64,000 nt of DNA, taken from contig OX597818.1 in assembly GCA_951406725.2 (NCBI GenBank), positions 109,616,001-109,680,000 on the forward strand, read 5' to 3'. Made by a program: the position numbers and the translations under genes. The notes under the pieces are model-generated. The model saw only the letters and a list, made by a program, of their open reading frames with translations. It did no database searches and was not told the origin of the DNA. The stretch is from Octopus vulgaris (Eukaryota). Below, piece by piece: positions 47,319 through 60,789 of the stretch. How positions within the stretch are numbered: position 1 is the stretch's first letter; each line of letters begins with the position of its first letter.

Positions 47319-48088
47319 TGTATGCATGAATGCTATGCAAAGGGAAAGTATCTTGAATATAGAAACCTTGAATTATTGCCCTTACACTGTGTCGCGATTG
47401 AAAGTTAGCTCTCGGTTGTCATATTTCAAAAGGAAAATGCTTTATTTTAATCGATAATATACTTGAGACAAATATTTAGAATATGATTTTCGTTCACAGT
47501 TAAATTACCCAACATGTCTCTCTGTTTTATTATAATTCAATATCCAAACTTGTCTCTTCGTTTTCTTTTAAAGATATTTCGTTGCTGTTGCACGTCTTTT
47601 TCAGTTTGGGGGCAAATAAACTTCCTTCGTTCGAGAAGAGACAAAATACGCCCACTCGGTAAGGCCTTCGTTGATTCTATCGAAAAAATGTTCGTGTTTT
47701 CAAATATGTTTTATGTCAGAAATTATTATTATTTTAGAAAAGAGGCTGGGTGGTGCTTGGGTGGGACAGTCGACAGCCACACTGTTCTGGGTTCAAATCC
47801 ATCTGAAATCGACAGTATCTTTCATCCGGAAGGAACAGAATCTGTGTGTAAGTCGGGGTCTGCGTGTGAGTACGCGTACAAGTTCTGGCTAAACCCATGT
47901 CACACTGTCCAGCAGACCTAAGTTGCCAAATCTTTTATCATGTTAGTGGTCAGTGTAGTTGCAAAATTTTCCTTATAAAACATGGTTTCGAAGACCACAA
48001 CACCCACAAATCTTTTGAGGGTTTATATATTTTATACCCATTTGTTGGCATTTGGAACATAAGAGACAAAGAACTTCCGGGATAGGAC

Positions 48089-48243
48089 ACACTAGCGTCG
48101 TTAGAGAGAGTTCCGCCTGGGGCGGCCCTTCCATCTGCCGTCCCCGGACCCCACAAAAAACTCATATTGCCTACGGCTGACCCAAAAGTGGTGCCCCTTT
48201 AAAAGCGCTGCTCAGGACGAACCGCCCCACTGTTACGATAGTG
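48089..48243. mobile_element. possible short GC-rich hAT-type MITE
   Basis: Degenerate ends cactagcgt / acgatagtg with GC-rich subterminal motifs. Confidence 0.35.
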
Positions 48244-48753
48244 AGAAGACATCGTGGATATTATTACAAGATAATCTGACATTATTCACGATCAGAAATT
48301 AAAAGTGAGGCGGTTTACGTTCAATGCTCAAATTAACCGGAAAATGCCTTGCATATGGAGTGGATATATATTTAGCAGTGACATATATACCCTTGGTGAC
48401 TTTCCTTCATGGTGAGAATCAGTAGGGAAGGTATATGGTTCGATTTAAGGTCGAATGTCGTACGGACAAGATCAACATGATTGATATCTTTAAAATTCAA
48501 GGTCCACATTGAAAATACAACGACAAAGGAAATAGAGGCCTTACTCTCTTAACTTTTGATAAAGATGTATTTGTCTGTAAACAACTGAACGATTAGACAC
48601 GTGTGGATATTTTAGTTTATCAACGATAATTATTTCTAGTCCCAACAGGTACTATCTAAGTAAGTAATTAATACTTATTAATAATAACTAATTAAATGTG
48701 ATGGACAAGTGTTTTTGAAGGATATAACATAAGCAGTTGTCAGAGTATGTATG

Positions 48754-49568
48754 TACGAAGTGCATTCAAAAACTATCCGATTTTATTTTTTTCTCGCCAA
48801 AATTAATGCCGCGTGGGTAAAATTCTTTGGGTAGGAGGCGACACCACCCTTCCTGCGCATGCGTGAACATTTTCGCGCCGGCAAGCCACGTTAGTTCCGA
48901 ATCATTACGCATAAATTTCAGACGTGTAGGGCGCGCTTGTCGGATTTTCACTTTCACTGAATGCATCGAGCAGAAACATTGCATCAAGTTTGGCGATGAT
49001 GTTGTGGGCAAAACTCAGATCAAGGAGTGGTACAACCGCTTCAAACAAGACCGCATCTCAATGGAGACCGAGGTACGCTGAAGCAAGCTATGGACAAACC
49101 GAAATGAGGAGCCGATTGAGAAGGTTCGGCGAATAGTCATGGAGGACCGTCATGTAAGAATATAGGAAATTGCTCACGAAGAGGGAATAAGCGCAGGACC
49201 AGTGTGTTCCATTTTAAGGGAGGATCTGTGCATGGGGAGAGTGTGGGCGAAATTCTTCCCAATATGCTGGCGGAGCAGCGACAACAGGATATACTGGACT
49301 GTGCAAACCACGACCCAGACTTCATGAAGACCATCTTCACTGGTGCTAGGACATGGGCTTATGGCCTTCTTCTCGATGCATTCGGTCATCGTGCGTGAAA
49401 ACGAAAATCCGAGAGCGTGCGCTATACGCCTGTACTCTAGGCGTAACAGCCGAGAACGAACGCGGCCTGCAGGCGCGAAAGTTTCACGCATGCGCAGGAA
49501 GGTTGGTGTCAACTCCTATCCAAAAGAATTTTGCCCACGTGGCATTAGTTTGAGCGGGAAAAAATAAA
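48754..49568 (+). mobile_element. mariner deletion derivative with ~200 bp inverted ends
   Basis: Transposase N-terminus (ECIEQKHCIKF, EWYNRFK.DR.S, DPDFMKTIFTG..TW.YG); 49370-49568 is an inverted copy of the left end. Confidence 0.85.
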
Positions 49569-50679
49569 TAATGATAGATAGATATAGATATTCATCTGAA
49601 TATCTAGACTGACATTTCAGAAATAAATAGACACTGCTCGTTACACCGTTTTATCTGTGCGGCCACTGCTTTATGCATCAGACTTGTTAAGGCATTACGC
49701 ACACGGCGTGTCTACTGATTGAGTAGATGGAGTACTTAAATACATGAAATTACTTTTCTGTTTCAAGACATAAATCTTTCAAAAATGATGGCGTCTATTT
49801 ACTCTTGAGAGTAGAAAAGAATATATAGGAAATATTAGTGAACTAACAGCACCTAGGATTTGAACAATGCAGTTCAAGATACTTCTAAAAAGACTGTACA
49901 GTCTCCGTAGGAATAGCTTTGATCATAGATTTTTTTTAAAATTAGGCCTGTGGCTAAAAAACAACAACAACAACAACAACAACAACAGCAGCAGCAGCAG
50001 CAGCGGCAGCAGCAGATAATCTAATTGTTTTCCTCTCATCATTGAGCTTTTACAAGTGGTACTTGCGTAACAACAATGGCTTCCATTGTTATGTTTCACT
50101 CCCAAGCCAGTCCTTATCAAAGCACGTAAAGAGATAATGGCTTGTTGTTGTTTAACGTCTGGTCTGGCCTGCTTAAAGACACCATTTTAATTATAACAAT
50201 CCTGTCTTTTGTCAGCCAATCTGTATCTCGGACTACGCTAAGGAATGTTTACTTTTCCTTTTATGACTGGAAGTTTGGTTTCAGAGAGATGTCTTCTAAT
50301 TCAAGTAGATGGAGCAACTACAAAAATATTCCTTCCGTGGCTCACTCAAATAAACGGTTTAGCGCCCTGGTGAATTTCGAAGATCCGTTATTTTGGCGGG
50401 TTTAGGATCAGACTGGGTACACGGACAGGCAGTCGTTTATCGCTCTGGGCAGCGCTTGATTAACCCCTTAAAGCACAATAAGCATGTGCTTAGGGCATCG
50501 AGGAAGCGGGGGCACCACACCACAGAAACGAAAATGGTTTACCGCACAAAAGAAATCTCTTTAAACTTGCTAAAATAATATTTGTAATGCGTTATCTCTG
50601 CTAAGTATAGAAGCAGAAGTTTGATGTAAAATTAATTGTCGCGATATCATTAAAACACTTTGCAATTAAAAAAAAAAAA

Positions 50680-51100
50680 GGCGCAGGAGTGGCTGTGTGG
50701 TAAGTAGCTTGCTAACCAACCACATGGTTCCGGGTTCAGTCCCACTGCGTGGCATCTTGGGCAAGTGTCTTCTGCTATAGCCCCGGGCCGACCAATGCCT
50801 TGTGAGTGGATTTGGTAGACGGAAACTGAAAGAAGCCTGTCGTATATATGTATATATATATATATATGTGTGTGTGTATGTATGTGTGTGTGTTTGTGTT
50901 CGTCCCCCTAGCATTGCTTGACAACCGATGCTGGTGTGTTTACGTCCCCGTCACTTAGCGGTTCGGCAAAAGAGACCGATAGAATAAGTACTGGGCTTAC
51001 AAAGAATAAGTCCCGGGGTCGATTTGCTCGACTAAAGGCGGTGCTCCAGCATGGCCGCAGTCAAATAACTGAAACAAGTAAAAGAGTAAAGAGTAAAGAA
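50680..51100 (+). mobile_element. full-length SINE family B: tRNA head, CORE-like segment, internal microsatellite, LINE-like tail
   Basis: tggctgtgtggtaag A box, gggttcagtccc B box, tail ctccagcatggccgcagtcaaat.actgaaacaagtaaaagag. Confidence 0.92.
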
Positions 51101-51756
51101 TGGAGAAATTTTTCCAAATATAAATGAAGTGGAAGCAAACAAAAATAAACATTTCGTTTTTGGATTTGGCTTGCAAGATTCTTTATATGAGTTCGTGTGT
51201 TGAAGCATATTCTGTTGTGTCTGGGGAGAGTCGTTTTCTTTTTGTGCCTTATAAGTCAAGACTATTGAAAAGGTTGAAAGACGCAACGAAAATTTTAGGA
51301 AAATAAAAATAAGAAAAGTGGAAATTTTACCGGTGCGTGTGTTACATTGTAAGGCACAAAAAAAATGACTCTCCCCAGACACAACAGAAAATAAACGTTT
51401 TTTTCCATCTTTCTGTTAATTTTGCTTCGTTTTGAAAAATAAAAATTGATTTTATGGTTTATCATCGTTTACATTTTGAATTATTTTTCTTTAAATTTTG
51501 AACCATTTACATATATTTGAAGGCACCAAACCCTTTTAAATGCTCAGGACCTCTATGGGTCTTAATCCGGCCTTGGCTCTGGGTATCGTGTGGAAGCCCA
51601 ACACAAATGTTGGGCTTCCATCCAGATTCCATGAACAAAACTTTGCTTAAATGGCATTACTCAAACCTCGATTGTCGTAGAGATCACGTAATCACGTTGT
51701 GTGTCCTCTTAGGGTTCTGTGTTCGCAGCCGGTTCGGGTTACCTTTCGGTTCTCTA

Positions 51757-52182
51757 AGGTGGCGAGCTGGCAGAATCGTTAGTACGCTGGGTACCATGCT
51801 TAGTGGCATTTCGTCCGTCTTTGCGTTCTGGGTTCAAATTCCACCGAGGTCGACTTAAACTTTTATCCTTTCGGGGTCGGAAAAAAAAGTACCAGTTGAA
51901 GGAAATAATCGAAACACAGCCCTTCTGAATTTGCTGGCCTTGTCCCAAAGCCGATATCAATGAAACGAGTTGGGCGACAAACAGACAGAATCGTTACTGC
52001 GTAGGCAAAAATGCTTCGCAGGATTTCGTCCGCTTTTACGTTCTGAGTTCAAATTCCGCCGAGGTCGGCTTCGCCGTGCATCCATTCGGGGCCGATAAAA
52101 CAAATACCAGCTGAGCACTAGAATCGATGTAATTGACTTGTCCCCTCCCTTGCTGGCCTTGTGCGCCTAAATTTGAAACCAA
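51757..52182 (+). mobile_element. two SINE family A copies
   Basis: ttctgagttcaaattccgccgaggtcg motif. Confidence 0.8.
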
Positions 52183-52589
52183 TATTCGCGGTCCTCTGGT
52201 GATGTTGGACCTCAATGGGCATTTGGCTTTAGATGAGAAAACAAAAAACCTCAAAAGGGAGTACTTTAGATGGTGTCTAGAAATGGAGGACGAGAACACA
52301 AATATTTGCGATTTTAAAACATTATTTCACCAGAAAAAAAGAAACCCAACCCAAGATTGCTTTAAAGGAAAAAAGTCACAGGTATTTTAATCACAAACAT
52401 CGTTGTTTCATAAACGATGATTAGAGATTATGATGTCATGAGATAATTATTTTAATTAATAAACTACACGAAAGTCTGTTAAATGAGAATGTCATTTCGC
52501 GCTGTAGAAAGTAAACAAACAATATTTCCTCACAATGAGATTTGACATTTGCTGAGAGAGGAGGGCCCGTCTACCACCACACGCACATG

Positions 52590-52639
<50 letters not shown>

Positions 52640-52967
52640 CATATATAAATCGTTAGACATATGTACACGCATACGCACATATACATAAATATATAGTGAC
52701 ATACACACACATATAACATATATGTAGGTATGTGTGTGTGTAGATATATAGATATATATATATTCTTTTATTCTTTTGTTATTTTACTTGTTTGTCATTT
52801 CACTGCGACCAAGCTGGAGCACCGCCTTTAGTCGAACAAATCGCCTCCAGGACTTATTCCTTGTAAGCCTAGTACTTATCCTATCGATCCCGTTTGCTGA
52901 ACCGCTAAGTTACGGGGACTCGGCCAACGTCGATTTGATGGAGAAAGTAAGCTAATGTGCAACACAC

Positions 52968-54108
52968 ACTTGTCAATCGGTAAATGGAAAGTTTTACAGA
53001 TTTTTACAGTTCCGAATGATGGACTGGATCTGTAGTCTTCGAATTAGCTTTCTCCTTTCTGATTTTGAGGAACCTAATTTCTCAAGATTGGTAATTAGGT
53101 AGAGTGTTAAATATCCCAGGGCCCCAATAATTACAGGTATAAGCCTGAACTTGTAATCTGGATAGAGTATTTGCAGATTTCTCAATAGTTCAGCATAGGG
53201 TATTCCCTTTTTTACACTGATCTTCAGCTTTATATTAACATCCACTGGGCAGCTAGTTTCCACAACTGTACACAGTTTCTCTTCTCTATCCCAAATCATT
53301 ATATTAGGCCTGTTGTCCTTACATTTTATTGAGGTCTTCGCTAGGACATTCCACCAGTATTCCTTTTTATCATGAAGTGGCTATGGTTTCTAACAATCTG
53401 TGGGGTTTTATTTCTTTGTCCTCGGGATTATCTTTCCGACGGATTTCCTTACAGAGTGTCCTAGCTACAACGTCATGTCTCATCGGTAGATAATACCGTG
53501 ATGACATTTTCGGACAACTGCTTATGATGTGGGTGATATCTTCAGTATGAACTCCACAAACTCTGCATCAGTTGTCACAGTTTACTGCTTTTCCAGCATC
53601 TCTATCCCTTTTGTGCATCAGGTGCTTGGTTAATAGTTCCTGTTCCTGGATTGCAAACGCATACCCTTCAAAGTGGGAGGTAGTAATCCGGCTATTCGTC
53701 CATGATAATCCGCTTTGATGATCGATGTTACTATCATCTCGGAGCTTTCTACTAACATATCCATGCATAGTCTTTTGCTCATCCTTTCATCTGATGATAT
53801 GTTGCAGTAGAGTCGTGTGACTTATTTGGGCATGTATTCTAGGTTATCAGACAAAGAGTGTGACTCAAGGAGCTGCCTTCCACGTCTTATGATGTTATCA
53901 GCCTCATGTATGCAAACTTGGTCAAGAGATGCACTTCGACACTTGGTGGTTAAAAGATGTTGCCGAAGGGATGTGATGCGACATTCAAATTCATTTCGGA
54001 TCGATGTTAAGAGTCTGCCGCCTTGTTTTTGTTTTAGGTAGTGGCGGTTTACGTCACTGTTGATGTGGAAATCATATGCGCTTGTTAGCATTTTCGAGTT
54101 TTCACGGT
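52968..54108 (-). mobile_element. R4/Dong-clade non-LTR element, 3' ORF part (CCHC finger and REL endonuclease)
   Basis: CRVCG...ITHIISSC, RHD, WWN, RP.I.IWD, SCP.D, PVIIGALG. Confidence 0.85.
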
Positions 54109-54358
54109 GTATGTATGTATGTATGTATGTATGTATGTATGTATGTATGTATGTATGTATGTATGTATGTATGTATGTGTGTATGTATGTATGTATGTAT
54201 GTATGTATGTATGTATGTATGTATATGTGCAGATTTGTATGCTCTGATTTATGTATTCTCATGCATATAGTTGCATATCTAGACATATATGTATGTCTCT
54301 ATGTATTATGTATGCATATATACGAGTGTATGTATCCCTCCCGCTGTCTGTTTGTCAC

Positions 54359-54390
<32 letters not shown>

Positions 54391-55624
54391 AATCTATATT
54401 TATGTATATGGCGTCACTACAGCCTTTGCACCATTCAAGTGTAACCGCTGATCGCAGTTTGAAGGATGATGGAACCTCTCTACCAAAGTTACTCATCTAT
54501 TAAGGACTGGATAACAGTGAAATTCTTCTGCTGCCTAAAGAAGCTTATGAAGTCGACATGGCTATTGCATGAAAAAAAAAAAAAGAAAAAAAAAAGGTAT
54601 CGGCGGTAGATCGGGGCTTGTGGGGTCGGAGCGTGACCTGATCATCGCTTCATTTGTATTGTTTTTGTATTGTTTATTCCATTCGATTTTTTTATATATT
54701 GTATTTTATTTTTAAAGTCACACTTATGTAAAATCATATCGCTTTACTGATCCCATCAGTTGTTCTGTCCATTTCTATGTTTGTCCTCTGGTGGGCAATA
54801 ATGAAATTCGTATTCGACCCCGTTCACATCCATTTTGTCTTATAACGTTTTCCAAATCCGATCAACTAATGCATGGAAATACGTATTTTAGAAATCCATA
54901 TTGCTGTTATCGGTGGAAATAATTAACGAACTTAATTGGTTGCGACGATGGGAGTTCCAGTTGATCCGATCGACGGAACTGCTTGCTCGTGAAATTAACG
55001 TGCAAGTGGCAGAGTATTCCAAAGACACGCGCACACTTAACGAAGTTCCCAAGGAAAGAACGTGACAAGGCTGGCCTTTCGAACTACAGGTACTACCAAA
55101 ATTCGAACTCATGAGCGTGTGCCGAATGTCCTTAGCACTAAAGACATGCGGCTACACTATACATCTGTACTAAATTAAAGAATGACTCATTGACATTGTC
55201 TTAGTCACATAAAAAACCTGCACACACACACACACTCACACACTCACACATAGAGGCCGTGGTTGTTTACAACGTAGAATTGTCGCCGTGTTATGTTATT
55301 TATTGCTTGTCCTTCAAACAGCCAGCTGTTGCGAACGGCTGATGACATATTCCAGGAATCGATACCCAATGATAAATTATTGATCCCCCTTTCATGGAAT
55401 TTCAGTTATTTTTGTTTACTGTAAATATGTAAATAAAGTTCACACAATTAAATAAGCTGTAACTCGGCTCCTCGATACGAAATAAGACGAACCAGCGGCC
55501 CGGTTTCGATTCCCGGTTTAGTCACTTTTTTTTTTGTATAATTTATCCATTAATTAGTGTAAACAGTGAACGATAAACTGATAAATTTCGCAACTTTCAA
55601 ACATAAGTATCATTATTTCACTAC

Positions 55625-56130
55625 AAAAGGTGGTGACCCTGCAGAATCGTCTGCACGCTGGACAAAATGCTTATTGGTATTTCGTCTGCCGCTACGTTCT
55701 GAGTTCAAATTCCACCAAGGTCGACTTTGCCTTTCATCCTTTCGGGGTCGATTAAATAAGTACTAGTTACGCACTGGGATCGATATAATCGACTTAATCC
55801 ATTTGTCTGCTGTACTTCTTTGTCCTATCTGTGTTTAGTCCCTTGTGGGTAGTAAAGAAATAGGTATTTCGTCTGCCGCTACGTTCTGAGTTCAAATTCC
55901 GCCGAGGTCGACTTTGCCTTTCATCCTTTCGGGGTCGATTAAATAAGTACCAGTTACGCACTGGGATCGATATAATCGACTTAATCGGGAAAATGCTAAG
56001 CGGCACTTCACTCGCCCGTCTTTATGTTCTGAGTTCAAATCTCGCCCATATCGACTTTGCCTTTCATCCTTTCGATTCCGATAAAATAAGTACCACTTCC
56101 CCCAAGCTTGCTGGCCTTGTGCCAAACTGG
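55625..56130 (+). mobile_element. tandem array of SINE family A (three partial units)
   Basis: 55676-55797 is repeated almost exactly at 55863-55986. Confidence 0.85.
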
Positions 56131-57485
56131 GAAAGTAAAAGTACGTTAAGGAGCGGCTGGAAATCGCTTGACATCTGCTTGCTTTCGGATATCCTATTGC
56201 ACAACACTTTGGACAAGTACTTTCTCCCATTGTTTCAAGTAGCCTAAATTCTTCTGAACTAAATTTAGTAAATAGGAATTATCTGGAAACCCGCCGAAAG
56301 AGTTGTTCCTTTCCTCGTCTGATATATTCAATCATTCGTCCGATTTAACGCCGCCACCACCATACTTTATTCTGGTGTAATCATCGGATAGTTTCCGGTC
56401 CGAATATAATTTCCCTTCGCACCGACATCAGAGACAATGAAAAGAATAACGGGTATTGCACTTTTGACTGAATCGTTAAATATCGAACCGATAAAGCGCT
56501 GGGATTTGCACTTACATAGCATGGACTACTGAGCACATTTTATGAAAATGAGACAACCGTGCACACATGAAAAACAAAAAAATAGTTTAAATATCTTCTT
56601 AGTATAAAATGGTGGTAAGTTCTATATCGTCTGAAAAGTCATTAGTTGAACTATTAGTCCTCTTGCATTCTGGGAAGGGGGGTATTGGAGTGTTTGAGTG
56701 ACATTAGACCCCAACAAACGCCCATAAATTAAATGCAATTATCTGGGCCAACATCGTGGTCTGTCAACCTGTGTCTGACGGCCACGATTGTGGCCCGTCG
56801 CGCTTTATGTGTTAATTTCAAAAATCAAACGATGAACGAAATCAATGTTCATGGGTCAAAAACAAAAAATAAAAAAAAAAAAACTCAACAATAACGAAAT
56901 TCAAACTAAGTAGATCAAGGCGTACGTGAAGCTCCTGCTCGACACATCTTCGAGGGTAATAATTAATTCCACCAAGATAATCTGGTCGACATAGAATACA
57001 ACGCGAAGCCAAAGTCGTAAATAATTCTTTAACGTCTCGCTTGGTTCTGGGACTCGTCAATATCAAAATGCAAACAACACTAACATAAAGTTCTTCATCT
57101 ATTTCAGATCTTGAATTCAGAAAGAATACAAACGTTGAAAACACTGTGAATCGAACTCTTAAGTATCAAGACATCGACTTTTGCCCGGCGCCTGTTCTAC
57201 CTAAAAAGACTGATTTAAAAAACCCTCGTTGATTATATACGGTCGTGTTTCTCAAGTTTGGAATCAATTTTTCCCCAGATCTCGGGTATAGCATATCCCT
57301 GAGTGTGGATTTTGTTCCAGCTGTGTTGGCCACACAAGAATATTGAACTAAAGTCACCGGATCGCTGCTACTGGAAACTGTTCCAAATCAGCTGAACATT
57401 TGCGGATGGCTTCAGAATAAATTCTTTTATATTTTTATAAAGAAAAATAAACGAGTTTTGTTACAATTGTTATTCGCGTGTATAT

Positions 57486-57520
<35 letters not shown>

Positions 57521-57784
57521 TTCATTCATTTATTTGAAGATGAACCAAGCGTTCAAATTGGGAGTCTATGTGGTTAGTCATCGTGCTAGATATAACAGAA
57601 CAACTCAAAACACAACCTTGTCTGATATTCAACACCTTATTCATTCTGAGTTCCAATTAAAGCAACATGGACTTTGCATTCTGTAATTGGTTGTGTTCTC
57701 TCCCGGAATTCTACCAATTCTGACTGAAATATGTATAACAAAGATGATTTTTAACATTTTTAAAAAGAATTATTTCAAGCAATT

Positions 57785-58961
57785 TATTTTACGTATGTTT
57801 TATATATGTATTCTCATGCATAGAGTTACATATCTAGACATGCTCATACATATTTAAATTATAAACTTCTGGAAAGTTTTACAGATTTTTACAGTTCCAG
57901 TAATGGATTGGATCTGTAGTCTTGGAATTAGCTTTCTCCTTTCTGGTTTTGAGAATCCTGATTTCTCAAGATTGGTATTTAGGTAGAGTGTTACATATCC
58001 CAGGGCCCCAATAATTACAGGTATAAACCTGAACTTGTAATCTTGATAGAGTATCTGCAGATTTCTCAATAGTTCAGCGTAGGTCTTCTTTTTTTCACCG
58101 ATCTTCAGTTTTATGTTAACATCCACTGGGCAGCTAATTTCCACAACTGTGCACAGTTTCTCTTCTCTCTCTCCCAAATCATTATATCAGGTGTGTTGTG
58201 CTTACATTTTATTGAGGTTTTCACTGGTACATTCTACCAATATTCCTTTTCATTATGAGTGGCTATGGCTTCTACCATATTGTGGGTTTTTATTTATTTG
58301 TCCTCGGGATTATCTTTCCGACGGATTTCATTACAGAGTGTCCTAGCTATAACATCATGTCTCATCGGTAGATAATACCGTATTGACATTTTCGGACAAC
58401 TGCTTATGATGTGGGTGATATCTTCAGTATGAACTCCACAAACTCTGCATCAGTTGTCACAGTTTACTGCTTTTCCCGCATCTCTATCCCTTTTGTGCAT
58501 CAGGTACTTGGTTGATATTTCCTGTTCCTGGATTACAAATGCATACCCTTCAAAGTGGGAGGTAGTAATCCGGCTATTGGCCCATGATAATCCGCTTTGA
58601 TGATCGATGTTACTATCATCTCGGAGCTTTCTACTAACATATACATGCATAATCTTCTGCTCATATAGGTTCATCCTTTCATCTGATGATATGTTGCAGT
58701 AGAGTCGTGCGACTCTTTGGGCATGTATTCTAGGTTATCAGACAAATAGTGTGGCTCAAGGAGCTGCCTTTCAAATCTTATGATGTTATCAGCCTCATGT
58801 ATGCAAACTTCGACACTTGGTGGTTAAAAGATGTTGCCGAAGGGCATTTTGGATCGATGTTAAGCCACTACCGCCTTGTTTTCGATCTAAGCAGCGGCGG
58901 TCTACGTCACTGGTTATGTGGAAATTATGTGTGCTTGTTAGTATTTTTCGAGTTTTCACGG
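57785..58961 (-). mobile_element. second R4/Dong-clade copy with ORF end and 3' UTR
   Basis: Colinear with 52968-54108; ORF ends TGTVKICKTFQKFII*. Confidence 0.88.
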
Positions 58962-59139
58962 TTTATGTATGTATGTATGTATGTATGTATGTATGTATGT
59001 ATGTATGTATGTATGTATGTATGTATGTATGTATGTATGTGTGTGTGTATGTATGTATGTATGTATGTATGTATGTATGTATGTATGTATGTATCTATGT
59101 ATGTATGCATGTATGCATGTATGTATGTATGTGTGTAAT

Positions 59140-59625
59140 ATCTTCACACCGAGCTGATCTTCCAAGCATTTACACACTGCTGAGGGCAAGTCAGGTAGGA
59201 AGGACACATTAAATAAACGCCTGACACATGATTCCCTAAGATACTGTATTACAGTGGACTTGTAGAAGGCAAGCACATGTGAAGTTGACAGAAAATGTGC
59301 TTTAAGGACACATTCGAAGCCTCGCTGAAGAGCTTTGAGATCAGCCCCAACACCTGGGAAACGCAAGCATGAGACTGTCCTGCCTGGCAAAGCTGCACAA
59401 ACAGAGGTGCCACCTCCTATGAACAGAACAGGATGTGAACTGCACAAGTCCAGAGCCAACTCCTTGCCTTCAGTTCTGGCAGACCACCAGTGCCCAACAT
59501 ATGACAGGGCCTTCCAAGTAGACATCACAGTGATTGTGGTTGGCCACAGCTAGACACACCGTGCACTGTCTTTTTCTATCATGTTATGTCCTTGGTCATC
59601 GTCGACAATGACGGACGAATAATAA
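59140..59625 (+). mobile_element. RTE (BovB-like) LINE 3' end
   Basis: Decayed C-terminus and tail tccttggtcatcgtcgacaatgacggacgaat(aat)n. Confidence 0.65.
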
Positions 59626-59651
59626 TAAAGACGATGATGATAATGATGATG

Positions 59652-59684
<33 letters not shown>

Positions 59685-59886
59685 TGTATGTATGTATGTA
59701 TGTATGTATGTATGTATGTGTGTGTATGTATGTGTGTGTGTGTATGTATGTATGTATGTATATATGTGTGTGTGTATGTATGTATGTATGTATGTATGTA
59801 TGTATGTATGTATGTGTGTGTGTATGTATGTATGTATGTGTGTGTGTATGTATGTATGTATGTATGTATGCATGTATATATATATG

Positions 59887-59938
<52 letters not shown>

Positions 59939-60789
59939 TGCATGAATATTCTGATTTTAGTTTTCAACTTTTTCTCACCACTATATAAAGAACAGCTTTG
60001 TTCTCTGGAAACAAACTGAAAGAGACAAATTTCTTTCAAGAGAATTTCACAAACAACATTTATATGTGTGTATATACCTGAGTATATGAATATGCGTATA
60101 TGAAAGTGTGTATATGAATGTGTGTATATGGATGTATGTCACTGCATATGTGGATTTGTATGTTTAAATTATGTTTGTGTACGCATAATATATTTCTTTG
60201 TCTATACGTGCGTATGCGCACTTGTTATACGCTAAATCTATGGAATGTTTTACGTGTTTTCACAAAAAGTTATGTATGTATGTATCTTTGTTTGTCTGTC
60301 TCTGTATGTATGTATGAATGCATGTATGAATATGTATGTCTGTAATTATGTATGTATGTATGTATTTTTGTCTGTCTGTCTGTCTATGTATGTATGCAAG
60401 GCGGAGTGTGAGTTCTTTTGCGTTTTATTTTTCAAAGAAAGAATCCGTCTCAGACTTTGACAATAACAACAATTAGGTTACTGCTGTGCATGAATTCCAG
60501 GTCAGCAGGGATTAATCAGGTTGATGATCAAAGGCTTCCAGCCGAGGCCATCACGACATTCTTAGGAGCATCTAAGACTATATTATATGTGGCGTTAGTT
60601 TCTTTAAAATGGTATGCCTTTGTTAGAGGTTCACAAGTAGTTATAGATCTATACAGGACACAAAAACGGTCTTTATTGTCTAACTGCGGCAATTATGTAT
60701 ATGCATGCAGGTTATTATTCAGTTTATTTCAAGATTCCTTTCCTCCAACCTGATGAACAACATCCTCTCTTCTCCAACATGGACCAGTT

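Noticed and set aside
56842-57144. Minus-strand 100 aa ORF with RTKR and cysteines, resembling a peptide precursor
   Set aside because: No ATG start, no proper signal peptide or splice support, and no recognisable family.
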